A stretch of DNA of 64,000 nt, from assembly GCA_017654855.1 (NCBI GenBank), contig CM030336.1, positions 4,526,001 to 4,590,000 on the forward strand, read 5' to 3'. This document shows, in pieces, positions 22,432 to 35,110 of the stretch. The notes under the pieces are model-generated. The model was not told where the DNA came from. It worked only from the letters and a program-made list of their open reading frames with translations, and searched no databases. The translations under genes were made by a program, and so were the position numbers. Source of the DNA: Podospora anserina. Lineage: Eukaryota. Position 1 is the stretch's first letter. Each line of letters starts with the position of its first letter.

Positions 22432-25400
22432 ATGTCAAACGAAGACCCTCCCCCGCCTCCAGCTCCTCCCTCTGGCCCATTCACAGTCTACTCCAGCGTC
22501 GCGAAGCAGGGTGGCACTGGCTCAGTCAAGACTCTAACAGCAAAAACAAACATCGACAACTTCGTCCGTCAGCTTAGCTCAAGCAGTCTCGTCTTTTCCA
22601 GAGCGCCAACATCCCCTTCTCCTGAGACGATCCCTTTGGACCCATCTGATATCACCTTCAAATGGCTTACGCTCCTCGATCCCAAGGGCACCGTGAGTGC
22701 AGGTTTTCATGATGCTGCCACTCAAGACATCGATAACTTCCAGGTCCGCATGGCAGCCCCTTGGGATCTGGTATTCAGTTCTGCGCCCACATTCCTTGTA
22801 ACGACATTTGGTTCTGAGGGCAATCCGGGTTTAGCACCTGTGTCCAAGGTCCCCGTACCTGGGTTGAAGGATACTGGCAATCTTCTGTACATGGGCCTCG
22901 ACCCAACGACCACGCCCGTCACGGCGTCTGTGAAGGAACTCTTCGACTTCGCTGGGCTGAAGTCACCGCCTCTCTCTGAGTTTGCACCTTGGGGTGTCAC
23001 GCTGCGTGTATCAAGCGATCCAACAAAGCCGATTCGTAACGCGCTTTGGTACAGCCCACTCAACTACGATCAGACCATTCTCCGTCTGCAGTTCAGTCTG
23101 AGTGACGCAGACAGAGCCACCTTTCAAAGCTACATTGCCAAAGCACTTCCATCCCTCGAGTTCAGAAATGTGGATTTCATCTGCCGCCGCACCATCACCG
23201 GTACGACTACAGGTGGCAAGATATCAGCTTCCGCCCAAGGTGAAGTCCTGATCGAGACAGAGTGTCATCTTTTGCCCAAAGGCCACGATCTTCAGATCAG
23301 AGCGGGAATCAGAATTTTCCATGACCAGTACCATCTAACGTTCCAGCTCGACGAGCAGATCAAAGGTCACTCTGCTCTGGGGGACATACTGGCCTGGCTT
23401 GCAGAGTGTGTTGGGCTTCAGTCCGATGACTTCAAGTTTGTGACGGACATGCTTATGCAGCAGGATGGAAAGGCCTTTGGGGATGCGCTGGAGTTGCGCC
23501 GGATCCAGATTGCTCTCGGTACTGATGACGGCGGCAAGACAACCAAGTTGATGTCTTTTAGTGTCGACATTCAGGCCACGGCAACATTTGGGCATGAGAA
23601 TGGCCCTGATGGCAAGCCCAAGGACGCAGACCCCGTTGTCTTTCTGCTCACGTACTTGTGGGAGCGGGGAGGACCAACATTCGGGTCGATTAAAGGGAGC
23701 TTGTGGAAGGGGAAGCGCCCCATTTTCTTACCTATTTTTCTCTTCCCAGCTGTTTCATACCTACTTGTCGCTAATTTTCCAGTAATATACCAAGTCTAAT
23801 AGCTAACACGCTTTTCCAGACTTCAACGATAGCCCTGACAGGAACTTGGCGCCTGGGTTCGAGGAAATCAACTCTCTCGTCCCCACTCTCGCCAAAGTCC
23901 GCAAGACCATCAGCATCCCGGGCCTCATCCCAGGCTTGAACATCGAGAACGTGCCACACAATATCCCCACTGATATCAGCAGAGCCTACGTCGTGCTCAA
24001 CCAAAGCAGTATAGCCGTGGGCGGTACTGTCCAATCGCTGGATTTTACCTCCCAAGATAAGGACTACCCCGTACCACAGCTTAATCTTGGATGGGTCAGC
24101 ATCGACGCTTCGTACAACTGGGCCAAAGGGGCAACATCTCCTCTCAACGTCAAGGCCTCCTTTCTCGCCGAGCTCAGGCCGTCCAAGAATGCTACACACA
24201 AGGAGCCTGCCACGCTCGTGGGCGCCATGGTCTATGATAGTGGCAAGTGGACTTTGAGCGCTGACCTGGAAGGACTATATCTCTCCTCCCTCTACAACTT
24301 CTTTTTCCAAAAGCCATCGAACGCCGACCCCGATGCAACTGGAGAAGCAGATCATGTTCTCCCGCTCATCGAGGCCATCGAGATTGAAAGCATGAAGCTC
24401 ACCTACGTCTATGACAAGACGCCTACTACGGGAGACCAAGTTGTTGGCAGCTCATTCACCTTTGACGGAATTCTGAATGTCTCTGATTTGCAGCTCAAAC
24501 TTCATTTCTCGTATGAGAAGAAGGCCTTTGAGTTCCGAGCAACGTTACATGCCGGATCGGCGACAACCATTGGGAAGATCATCGAGGATCTCGTCGGAGA
24601 TGGCATCGACGTCCCAGAGTTCTTGTACGACGCCAAACTAGATCCAGCAAAAGACGGCCTTGAGATCGGTGTCATGAAGGGCTCATCGGCAAAGCCAGGC
24701 ACCCCTGCACCATTCCACTTTGTGGCCAAGCTCACGGTGAATTTCCCCAAAGATGTCCAAATCACGTTGACCTTCGCCCAGTGGCATGGTAGCAACTGGT
24801 CTGCTTCAGAACCGTCCAAGAAGCTGATCAAGGCCGCTCTGACCGGCATCCCCCATGTGTCCATCCCTCTTGTTGGCGATATCACGCAGCCATTTGACGA
24901 GATGTACTTCATGCATGTGATCGACGGTACCACGAAGAAGTCACCCCAGCAACTTCCCGGCATAACTCGCAAGGAGAAGGATGATCTCAACCTGGATGAA
25001 GCATTCAAGGCTCATCCTCTCGTTGTCAAGGACAAATCTAAGGATACCAGCGATGATGTAGTGGTCATCACTGCAGGCGCGCACCTCGCGATTGTCATCA
25101 AGAACGAGAGAGGCGAGAGAGTTTGCATCCTCGACTACAACTTCAAGAAGCAAAAGACTGTCGGAGATGGAAAGGAGAACACCAAAAAGCGAACCATCCC
25201 GGCAGGGGGAGAAAGTAAGGAACCTGCAAAGAAGGACTCGGACGGCAGCGCGGCCTCGGCGCCTCTGAAGAAGAAGATGGGCGGCCTATCCATCAGCGAT
25301 ATCGGTCTCAAATACGAGAACAAGATTCTCAGCATCTCTTTTACCGCCACCATGGAACTCGGCCCCGTGGGCTTCAGTCTCATCGGGTTCGCTCTCAACA

Positions 25401-27726
25401 TGGAGCTAACAAGCCTCAACCTGATCGATATCAGGATGCTGCCTCCTAGCCTGGAAGGCTTCTCAGTTGTTTTCGAGCGCAAGCCCCTTTCCATTGCCGG
25501 CATCATCCGCCATGGAAAGACTCCCGAACTTGAGTACTACGCCGGTGGACTCATCGTCGGATGGACGCCCTACCAACTCGAGGCAGCAGGCTTCTATGGT
25601 AAAGCCAAGCCCGAGGGACGAGACCCCTTCGTCTCCGTCTTCGTTTTTGCAAAGCTTGCGGGACCGCTTGTCTCGCTTGAATTCGCAGAGATCTCTGGCG
25701 TGACGGGAGGGTTTGGATACAATTCCAGCGTCCGCGTGCCCACAGCCGATCAGATTACCTCGTTTCCCTTCATTGATCAGCATGCCACGGATAATGCCGG
25801 CGATGCACTGGAAGCGCTGCAGAAGCTGACCAGCGCGGGACAGGATGCGTGGTTCCAGCCTTTGCCGGATACGTATTGGGCAGCAGCGGGCATGAAGATT
25901 GATGCCTTCCAGATGATCGCGCTTGACGCTGTTGTCGTTGTACAGTTCGGCACTTCTATCAAGCTGGGCATATTTGGTGTTGCATTAGTCGATGTTCCTA
26001 GCAGCCTGTCAGACTTCAAGTTTGCCCATGTTGAGCTCGGCCTCGCTGTTGTCGTCGATTTCGACATTGGTATCATGAAAGTGGAGGCGCAGCTCTCCCC
26101 CAAATCCTACATCCTTCATCCAAGCTGTAAGTTGACGGGTGGCTTTGCCCTTTGGTACTGGTTTGACGCCCCCCACGCTGATCAGGCCAATGTGGGCAAC
26201 TTTGTCTTCTCCCTCGGGGGTTATCACCAGGCTTTCAAAGTTCCAGTCGGATGGCCTGTCCCAGATCGCCTCAAAATCAACTGGGGTCTGGGCAACAACC
26301 TGTCCATCTCGGGAGAAGCCTTCTTTGCCATCACACCCAAAGTTTGCATGGGAGGCGGCAGACTTCGAGCTTCCTACTCCGCCGGGCCCATAGCAGCTTG
26401 GTTCGACGCTTTTGCCAATTTCCTGATCCAATACCAGCCTTTCCACTTTGCATCAGAAGCAGGCATTTGCATCGGCGCAAGCTTCAACCTGGACATCTGG
26501 TTCATTCACATCCACATCTCGGTCGAAGTGTCAGCAGATCTATACCTCTGGGGCCCCCCCTTGGCGGGCATCGTCTCTGTCAACATCAAAGTAGCCCGAT
26601 TCAACATCCACTTCGGCGATGACAACAACGGCCCCGGTGCACTGCAGCTCGACCAGTTCTTTGATCTTGTCTTGCAGGCTTCTAGCAAGAAGAAGGCAGC
26701 AACCACCACCACCCCCATGGCGGTCGCAACACCCATCATTCCAATCATGGAACCGGATCAAGCAGCCAGGTTCAAAAGGATATCTGACAACGTTGGACAT
26801 ACCTTCCTGGCGCGGTTCGGCCTCATGAACGATACCTCTGATCCCAAGCGCGAGCAGAACGCGGAGTGGGTAGTCAGGGCCGGCACATTCAGCTTTTCCA
26901 TCGGTTGCAAGATGATGGTTGACGACGTGAAGCTTGTAGGCAACAACAAAGAAGACATCAACTTCAAGGCCTCCGGGGCAGGCAGCATATTCGCCAAACC
27001 GATGAAGACCGATTCCTCCCTTGCCTCGCACATGACTGTGCGGATCACCCAGACCCAGGGGAAGCAGGTATGGGGAATGAGTCAGGAGTACAAGTCTGTT
27101 CCTACTGGTTTGTGGCAAAAGTGTAAGTGCTCCTCTCTGTCCTGCCTACTTCGACTGCTAATTATTCTGCAGACGACTCATCAAAAGACCCCTTGAACGG
27201 AAAGGGAAATAACAACATTGACGACTATCTCAACGACAAAGACGGAGGGATCAAGCTAATGAGCGGCATCTTGTTTTCTGCTCCTCCACCCAAGATGTCG
27301 GATGATAAGCTCAAGGTGTTTGACATCATCGACTCGACGCTCATGGAGATTGAGTCTGATAGGCAGTTCCCTCTTCCAACCAACTGCCATAAAGACTGGG
27401 ATCCTCACCCGCCAAGGAATGAGGAGGACGATGATGAGTGGACGGTTGTGCAGAAGAGGTGGAAGACACCTCTGTGGAACACGGATAATGAGCCTAAGCA
27501 CAGTTCTGTTTCCCTTGCAGTCGATTCGAGCTCAGAGGCTGCTGCTCAGCCTATTGTTCCAGTGGAACCCAAGACGCGAGACGTACAGACTGATTTTGTT
27601 TCTGCTTTTGTCAATGCTTTTAATTGGGATGCTGGCTTGAACTTACCTAGCCTGGCCAAGATGCCTCGGAAGCTGGAAAAGAGGTTTGGAGATTTGTTTG
27701 TTGTTCCACCGATGATGACTGCTTAG
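22432..27726 (+). CDS. ~1711-aa beta-rich DUF6603-type protein (component C). Exons 22432-23710, 23820-27122, 27173-27726; first intron donor is non-canonical.
   Basis: C-terminal half has motifs I recognise as DUF6603: GGLSISDIGLKY, GPVGFSLIGF, ISGVTGGFGYNSSVRVPT, YWAAAGMK, SYILHPSCKLTGGFA, GNFVFSLGGYHQAF, ISGEAFFAITPKVCMGGGRL, AWFDAFANFLIQYQPFHF, SADLYLWGPPLAG. Intron 2 is GTAAGT...GCTAAT...CAG. Confidence 0.85.
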
Positions 27727-27980
27727 TTGAATGGCAGTTTAGGGTCGAGAGAGGAGGGAGGGAGAGAAGGAGAAGGACACTTTTACATTGTAGCAGAGCT
27801 CACCTACTCAGCAAATGAGGCCAGTTCCTGGAATCACATTGGGTAATGGCCCTAGTATGTCTTGAAGTGTACGATAAAGTAGCCGCTGAAGAGGCTCAAC
27901 ATGGGCCGAAAATCAGCTGAGCTGAAAAGTCTGGCTTCTGTTATATACCTAACACGTATACATATACAGATTACCCCTTC

Positions 27981-30571
27981 TTAATCCACAGTGCCCTCGG
28001 GCAACACCGAAATATAATCAATCGGCGCCGGCTCCAACCCATCCGGCCTCCCCACAACCTTGAGCTCACTCCCCTTCTTAACCCTCACCCCCCTAAACGT
28101 CTTCCTCGCGGCCGTCTGTCCATCAATATATGGCGACGGCGCCCGTCCAAGCTCATACTCCAAATCCCCCTTCCACTTCCCCACCAATTTCCTATCCACA
28201 AACAGCTCCCAGGTCGAATTCCCCAGCGCCATATCATAGTAATTAACCGCAAGGTCATACTTCCCGCTCGGAACCTTGAGCTTCGTCGTGGCAGTGCCAA
28301 CAGTGCTGTTCGTCTCGGTAACGACACAGTGATACCCGCTTGCTGCCTCAAAGGGAGAGACTCTATACGACTTATACCCCTTGAGCTCCATCTCCTCAGC
28401 TTCAATCCTGTACTTGTGGTTGCCCACACGGCCGAGTTCATCAGGGATACCGCTCTTGTTGAAGTAAAACTGGTTCACACTGTCACGCCAGACGAGCGAA
28501 TGGCCAGCCTGGTAGATGAGCCGGAACAAAACGTGCTCGTAGCGCTCTTTGTCAATCCGGCCCTTGAGCTTCTCCCAAAGGGTGACGAATGTCTGCGCCG
28601 TGGCGCTGCCCTTGTAGTGGGCGTCGTAAAAGTGTTGAATGACTGTCTTGCCCGACTTGAGCTTTTGGGTGTACGGGACGTGGTGGAACCACAACAGAAG
28701 GTTGTCGGGGGTGGTCTCAATGTTCTCGTACATGGCCGCGATTTCAGGGGGGTACTGGCCGGCGAAACCGGTGCCGTTCCATACTGTTCGGTCCATGCCG
28801 ATGGTGTCATCGTCGGCGCGAGTCCATTGACCCCAGGGGTTTCCGTCTTGGGAGCCGGGGTTGGGACCGTAGTGGCCGAGGAGGATGTCGGTTAGGGTTT
28901 GGATGCCGAGGTTGCCGGAGTAATCCTCGTAGGCGGGCCAGGACTCCATCGAGATCTTGGTGATGACGTCGTGGACGAGCTTGTCGTGGCCGAAGGTGAG
29001 GGTGGTCCACTCCTTGAGGATGCCGGTGGAGGTTTGCTCCGGGTCCCAGGCGAGCTTGCCGTAGGCGTAGAGGTTGGACATGGCCAGGTGGGAGCCGAGC
29101 CAGGTGGTGTTGGTGCCGACGTTGACGACACCGGCGTACCCGGTGAGCTTCTGGCCGAAGCGCTTGCCAGACACGATGGACTTCAGGGTCGAGGGCTTGC
29201 TGTCGACGCGGAGATCAAAGTCGAGGAGTTCCTTCCACATGGGAGCGAGGTAGACGACGTCTGTGAAGAGAACTGTTAGGAAGTGACGTGACAAGGGGGC
29301 AGAATGAGATTTCACATACGGGCTTGTTGGCCAAGATACTCCTGGGTAATCTGAAGCTCAACTGTGGCACCAGTCCTGCGAAGGTGGGTGAAGAGAGGCG
29401 AAACAGGCTCGCGGACCTGGAAGTCGATAGGGCCGTACTTGATCTGAATGACAACATTGTCCTCAAACTTGTCATCGAGACCGTCAAAGTAGTTGACGGC
29501 CGCGTTGGCGCGGTCAGCCTTCCAGTCCAAAGTCTGGTTCAAGCTGCGGTGATCGTAGACGAAAGCGCGGAAAATGATGATACCGCCGTGGGGCTGGAGA
29601 GTGCGCGCAAACAGGTTGGCGCCATCAGCCAGGGTGCGGTTGTATGTCATGGGACCGGGCTGGCCTTCCGAGTTGGCCTTGACGAGGTAACCCGCCATGT
29701 CGGGAATGCGCTTGTAGAGGTTGTCGGCGATGCCCTGCCACCAGTTGACGACAGTCTCGTCAAGGGGGTCGAAGGTATCAAGCCCACCGAGAAGCTGAGG
29801 AGCGGCGAAGTTGAGCGAGAGACCAAGCTGGACACCGTAGGGGCGGAAGACGTCGGCGATGCGAGCGAGACCGTCCATGTTCTCGGGGGTGAGGATCGAA
29901 GCATTGGCGTTGACATTGTTGGCTACGACGGCGTTGATACCAATGGAAGCCAACAGCCGGGCGTACTGACCGGCGCGGGTGAGGTCCTCGCGAATGTGTC
30001 CGTCCCAGAAGAAGATGGAGTCACCGCCATAACCACGCTCGACGCTGCCATGAGTGCCACCATCTTGCATGTTGTCCCATTGGTTCACCCATCGGACTGG
30101 CGCATCGGGGTTGGAGGTAAGGGTAAAGTCGGACACATTGCCCTGGGCGATGACGGAGAGATAGTGGAAGGCACCGTAGAGGGCACCGCGCTCGTTTTGA
30201 CCGAGGATCAGGACGTTGCCCTTGGAGATCTTGAGGTAGAAGCCATCCTCGACGAGGTCGGGCAGACCCTTGGCAGCAGAAGGGTTCTTGTCGACGTATG
30301 CGCTGACGGTGCCAACGGTGGCAGTGGTACCCTTGGGCTTTGATTTTGCAACAGTCAACTTCTTGCCAAAAAGACCGCCGATGCCGTCCACCAGCTCCTG
30401 TCCAGCGGTATGGACGGGATATCCCTTGGTGGCGTTGAGAGTGACGACGGCAGAAGGCAGTTTGCCGAGATGGCGGGAGGCACTCGGGACGCGAGCATAT
30501 CGTAGCCAGGCAGCGAGACCGTCTTCGGCGACGGCAAGGCCGACGACCGCGAGCCACAACAAACTCCGCAT
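27981..30571 (-). CDS. aguA: Secreted alpha-glucuronidase, GH67 (843 aa). Exons 30571-29320 and 29260-27981.
   Basis: Signal peptide, then EDGLAAWLRY, RWVNQWDN, SVERGYGGDSIF, GYLVKANSEGQPGP, QIKYGPIDFQVREP, ELQITQEYLGQQAHVVYLAPMW (restored by a GTATGT...CAG intron), DNLLLWFHHVPY. Confidence 0.96.
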
Positions 30572-32359
30572 CTTGAAGGATTGGGCGGTGCTGACTGAGG
30601 GTGCGTCAAGTCATGTTTACACTGACGGCGGCACCTACATTTTAACTTCTGATGCTCGCCCGGCCGTCGTAGCAATGGATCGTCGAAAGTAGCATCGGCC
30701 CTGGATGCAATTCTCCAACTCAATTTATCCAGACATCCACTTGCTTGGGTCGTCCCCCCATCTTCCCCATCTCCCCCTCTTGCCAAGATGCAACGTCCTC
30801 CAGGGGTCAGATTCCACCACTCACGGGCCGTCATTGGTCTCTTTGTAGCCATAAACCCTAGCATATCCACTGTGCCCAACGGCTCGTCCCCGCGATACGA
30901 CCAAATCTAGACCAATCCGACCGTTATGATTCCTGGTGCTATTCAGCCTGTTGTTGGCGAGTTGAACATTGCCGGCTCGGCAGCGTGATGGACTTGCCCC
31001 CGTCGCGTAACATCATCAGGTTGGATGGAGCCCTCGTGCCGAAGTCACCAGCTGGGCAATATCGCCAGGACCTGCACGCACGTGTGGTGTGCCCTCCCGC
31101 CACCCATTCTTCGGGTGGGAGGCAGGTACAGATGCAGGTTGAACCTCAGATGGTTGCTTTCCTCGTGGTATTTTTGGGCCAGATGCTTCCCGACGCCACG
31201 AGGTTTGCCGGGTCGCTTGCTACGCGGGGCCTGGTGTGCTGACAAAGTCCGGAATTATCGGCGCGGTTCCCATTGCGTCGTGCGAGCGGTCAATGACCTC
31301 GGGTAGGTGGAGATGAAGCTGGAGACCATCGTGGAGCATCGGGCTTGACGTCATCTTTGGGTCTTGAGAAAGCTGGAGGGCATGGTGAACGGCCGATACT
31401 TTCGTCTCTGTCGTGGAATAAGCATTGAAAGGTGGCTGTAACAAGTGTATCCTACTGATTCAGAGGATCAGGTCGCAAGAATATTGCCCGAGATTTCGGT
31501 ATGGTGAGTTGAAGTGTTGGAGGTGATGGCTCAGGTTCCAACAGTCGGGCAGCTTGACGTCCCGGACAACGCTTACCGATGATCAACCTCCATGTGGGAT
31601 GGTCCTTCCTCAGGTAGACTGATGGATCTAAGTCTCTTTTCGCCTGCCAAATGTTATCTGCTTATCTCAACGCATTTTCTATGCGATCACCATTCTTAGA
31701 GCTTTGCCAGTGAGTGGGTAGGGTTGGTGGCAACACCAGAAGCTAGACGACCATTATCGTTGTAGAATAGTATTGGGAACTGGCCTTGGCCGCTTCGATA
31801 TTTTGGAAGTATATTATTTTTACTGATTCAACGAGGAACAGGCTAAATACCTAGGCGATCGGAATCCCTGTACCTACCTATTTAGAGATCAAACTCCAAC
31901 GTCCAGGACATGGACATACAAGCAACAACTCTCCACTCTAGACCACATCACACCGAGTACGAATCCTTGGACAAGTCAAGATATCGATGTATTGAACCAT
32001 ATTGGAATCTGTTACCGGACTTCATGGCTTGTGTCCATGGGGGACACAAAAGAATGGCATGTTCTACTAACGGGGGCCAATCTCCCTTAGTTGTTGAATC
32101 CCCGTCTTGGGGAGAAACATAAATTTGGGTTTTGGGTCAATACTCGTAGATGGACATGAGGTGATTGTACGGGGACATGTGGAAGCAGCGAACGGAAGAG
32201 AGTGAAGAGTATTTGGAACTGTTTGTATTGGTGTAAGCCAAGGGAGAAAATCAGAGGACCCAAACTGAGAAGGCTTGGTGTCCCCGAGACCATTCTTCAC
32301 GGACTTCCTGGTTAATTGTTGATCTCTGAGCAGGCAACCTGTAGGTACCTTCCAAAGCC

Positions 32360-32545
32360 CTAGTGTTTCTTGTCTTGTTTCCCGCCACCCCCTCCCTTGC
32401 TGCTGTTGCCCGTAGCATTGCTAGAGGTGCTCTTGCTACTTTCTCCGGACTTTCCACTGTCCCTCTTCGACGACTGCTGCTTGGTTTTTTCTTTGTCTTT
32501 GTTGATGGCTGGCTCAAGAACCATGACTGTAAGTATGTCTGACAT
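32360..32545 (-). CDS. Small hydrophilic S/K/G-rich hypothetical protein (61 aa)
   Basis: ATG in GCCATGT context. TATATAA on the minus strand near 32701-32707. Low-complexity product. Confidence 0.35.
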   Translation of the reverse strand: MSDILTVMVLEPAINKDKEKTKQQSSKRDSGKSGESSKSTSSNATGNSSKGGGGGKQDKKH

Positions 32546-34253
32546 GGCTGATAGGAGGTATAGGGTTCCTTGATGAATTGATGCGCTTTGCATGATGTGA
32601 TCTGTGAGATGCAGGTTTTGGATCTTGTAACGCAGTGATGTTGAGTTTGGTGTGGAGAAAGCTACAAAGAAAGCTACCTACTTGAATAGGTATGGTAGGT
32701 TTATATAGGTAGATAGGTAGATACTAGGATAGCCCTCAGGGTCTCAGGTTTCGCGTGACAGCAATCGTGATATCTGTCCTGCTCCTAGGTATCGTGATCT
32801 CTCACCTGTCTCGCTGCGTGGCGTATTGTTGGCAAAGTGATACTCACCTGGTGCTAACGAAGAGCAAAGTTCAGTTGGGAGTCGTCTTCTGGCGCCATTG
32901 ATGCCGCGGGTGATATCACTCAAAGGCTCCACTCTGCCATCAGGTCTTGGAAAATTACCTCGCGACAACGGCATGTTTCAAGGTTCTACACGTGATCTGA
33001 ATGAAAGACGGGATGGCAGCGATCTTCTTCTCAAGAAGCCGTTTCAAATAGCCTTCAGGACTATGAGAGTTAACAGTCATTCGTCGAGGACGCAAGAGAT
33101 CCATAGCTTGCGATCCCAAGATGCTCGCAAATATCCATCGTATAGATGTAGGCGGGCTGGTCAGGCTCCTTGTTATACAGACTTACACACTTTCTATCTT
33201 GGTCTCTCACAGTCCAACACCCCGCGCAATATTATCTACCTTCAACAACTTGTATCTGAGGAGTCCAACAGAACAGAATTCAACTCGCGGACCCGAACAA
33301 GATCCCATAAGCCAATTCTAAACCGAAAATCTGCCTCAACATCATAATCACAAAAACAATGTTACCCCTTCAAAAAAAAAAGGGGGGGGAGGGGGGGGTC
33401 ATGGACTGGGGACCAAAGGATGAAACTTCTTCAAGAGCTCCAGTGTCAGGGAGCAGAGATCGCCGTGACCAAGGGGCAGGTGACAAACAAAGAGCAAAGG
33501 GAGAATGACCCAGAACATGAGGGGGAGCACACAAACGGGAAGTCGATCCAAAATGCCAGTTGCAGGTAGACGGAGGTTACCTATTGTTAAGACCTTTGGT
33601 CTGGTGGATAGGGGTCTTTGAATACAACCCCGACGCTCGCCACCTGGTTTTTAGACGTCTTTCTTACACTGTAAATGAATCTCGAGTGGAATTGCAGTGC
33701 TCTGTGCTCTGGTCAATAGTGTGAATTACGTTCTTGTCTTTGCACCACCCAAGTGACCGAGCTGCAAAACAAAATGGTAGGAGAAAGCACTCCTCTCGAC
33801 AGCCGAACAGCTCTGGGGTCACACAAATTTTGCTCACACGCCACGTGTACATCCATCATGTGGCATGCCCCACGCTGAATCGACCTTGGACTTGACGCCT
33901 TATTGGGCATCTTGCCGTCAACCACCAACTAGCGCCGAATGACTACCATGACACGAGATAGTTTTTCCGACTCACAAATTTCTTCAGAATATAAGGCAAC
34001 CACCACAACAACAACAAATCGTCGATGGTTGAAGATATCCAGAATCGCTACCTGAACATATCAACCTGAGGTACCAACGTGCTCAAGACTACCTACCTAC
34101 CTTACCGTATATATATTTTGATTTCTAACACTAAACACCGCTTGAAAGCGACTGCAGCCTTATGTCGCTTCACATGTTCAAGCCTTCATCCACAACCTTT
34201 GATCACCGCCGAGCACCTTTCTTCGCCGCCCCTGTCATTCAAAGCCATACACA

Positions 34254-34424
34254 ATGTCCTCCATGATCCTACCCGAGGAGGAGGAAAGGCTTCGCCGCAT
34301 AGCCCGCATCGCAGAACAAAGCGCAGCCGCCGAGCGCAAACGGTACGAGGAGGCCAAGGCGCAGAGGGAGAAGGAAGAGAGAGAAAGACAGGAAAGAGAA
34401 CTGGCTGCCCAGGAGAGTAAATAA
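34254..34424 (+). CDS. 56-aa E/R-rich helical microprotein (below the ORF-track cutoff)
   Basis: CACAATGT start context and a TATATATA run near 34108. Translates to MSSMILPEEEERLRRIARIAEQSAAAERKRYEEAKAQREKEERERQERELAAQESK*. Confidence 0.5.
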   Translation: MSSMILPEEEERLRRIARIAEQSAAAERKRYEEAKAQREKEERERQERELAAQESK

Positions 34425-35110
34425 GGGTGTGGATATGGTTGGAAAGTCCCAGATGGTGTGTGCTCCTCACACGCAGTCATGGACGTATCTTGACAGTTGG
34501 CGAGCGTCAGCTAACAACATTATCAGGAGAAGAGTCGGCTTCACTGTCGGGCATGTGTGCCCGACACAATCAGTTCTCCCTGCTGCTGCCAGGTGCTCTT
34601 CAGTCTCACTTGGGGCAGCAAATCATGGATCCCCAATAACTACCTACTTAAATTTGCTGATACGGTGAACTGGAGAGGCCGGAAACTCCTCCTTCTAATG
34701 GGTCCAAGTGCGTGTGTGTTGGTGCCCAACCCCTCAGCAACCACCGCTGGAGCCTGCTCATTTGCAGACTCGTGGGTAGCTATCAAATGCCACGGATGCT
34801 TGGCGGCTCGACACTTCTGGTCTGCTTCTATTTCCTTCGTGCCATTTCGCCTTAGCAATGATCAAAGCTAGGGTAGTTGCGGTTAAGCCGTGGTGGGCAG
34901 GCGTGGTGGGGATCGGGTCTCAGTGTCAATAGGCATCTTTCTCGCCCAAGTTCGATCTATATAAGAGACATGATACGAGCAGGATAACCAAGTTGGATAT
35001 TCTTCCTATCAGCTTCTCAACATATCTGAGCTGTCGTCCAAGTTGTATCTTAGGCCAAGCCATCTGTCAAAACATCCAAGTTTTCCCAAGACCTACTTTA
35101 ACCTCCAACG

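Noticed and set aside
3700-28000. Starship or other giant mobile element carrying the DUF6603 cluster
   Set aside because: No tyrosine-recombinase captain, terminal repeats or target duplication seen in this window.
29288-30343. Long antisense ORFs (351 aa here; also 624-1568 and 40760-42295)
   Set aside because: Shadows of codon-biased real genes on the opposite strand, with no motifs.
33372-33398. A9 followed by G-runs as a G-quadruplex or element end
   Set aside because: Simple homopolymer tracts with no associated structure.
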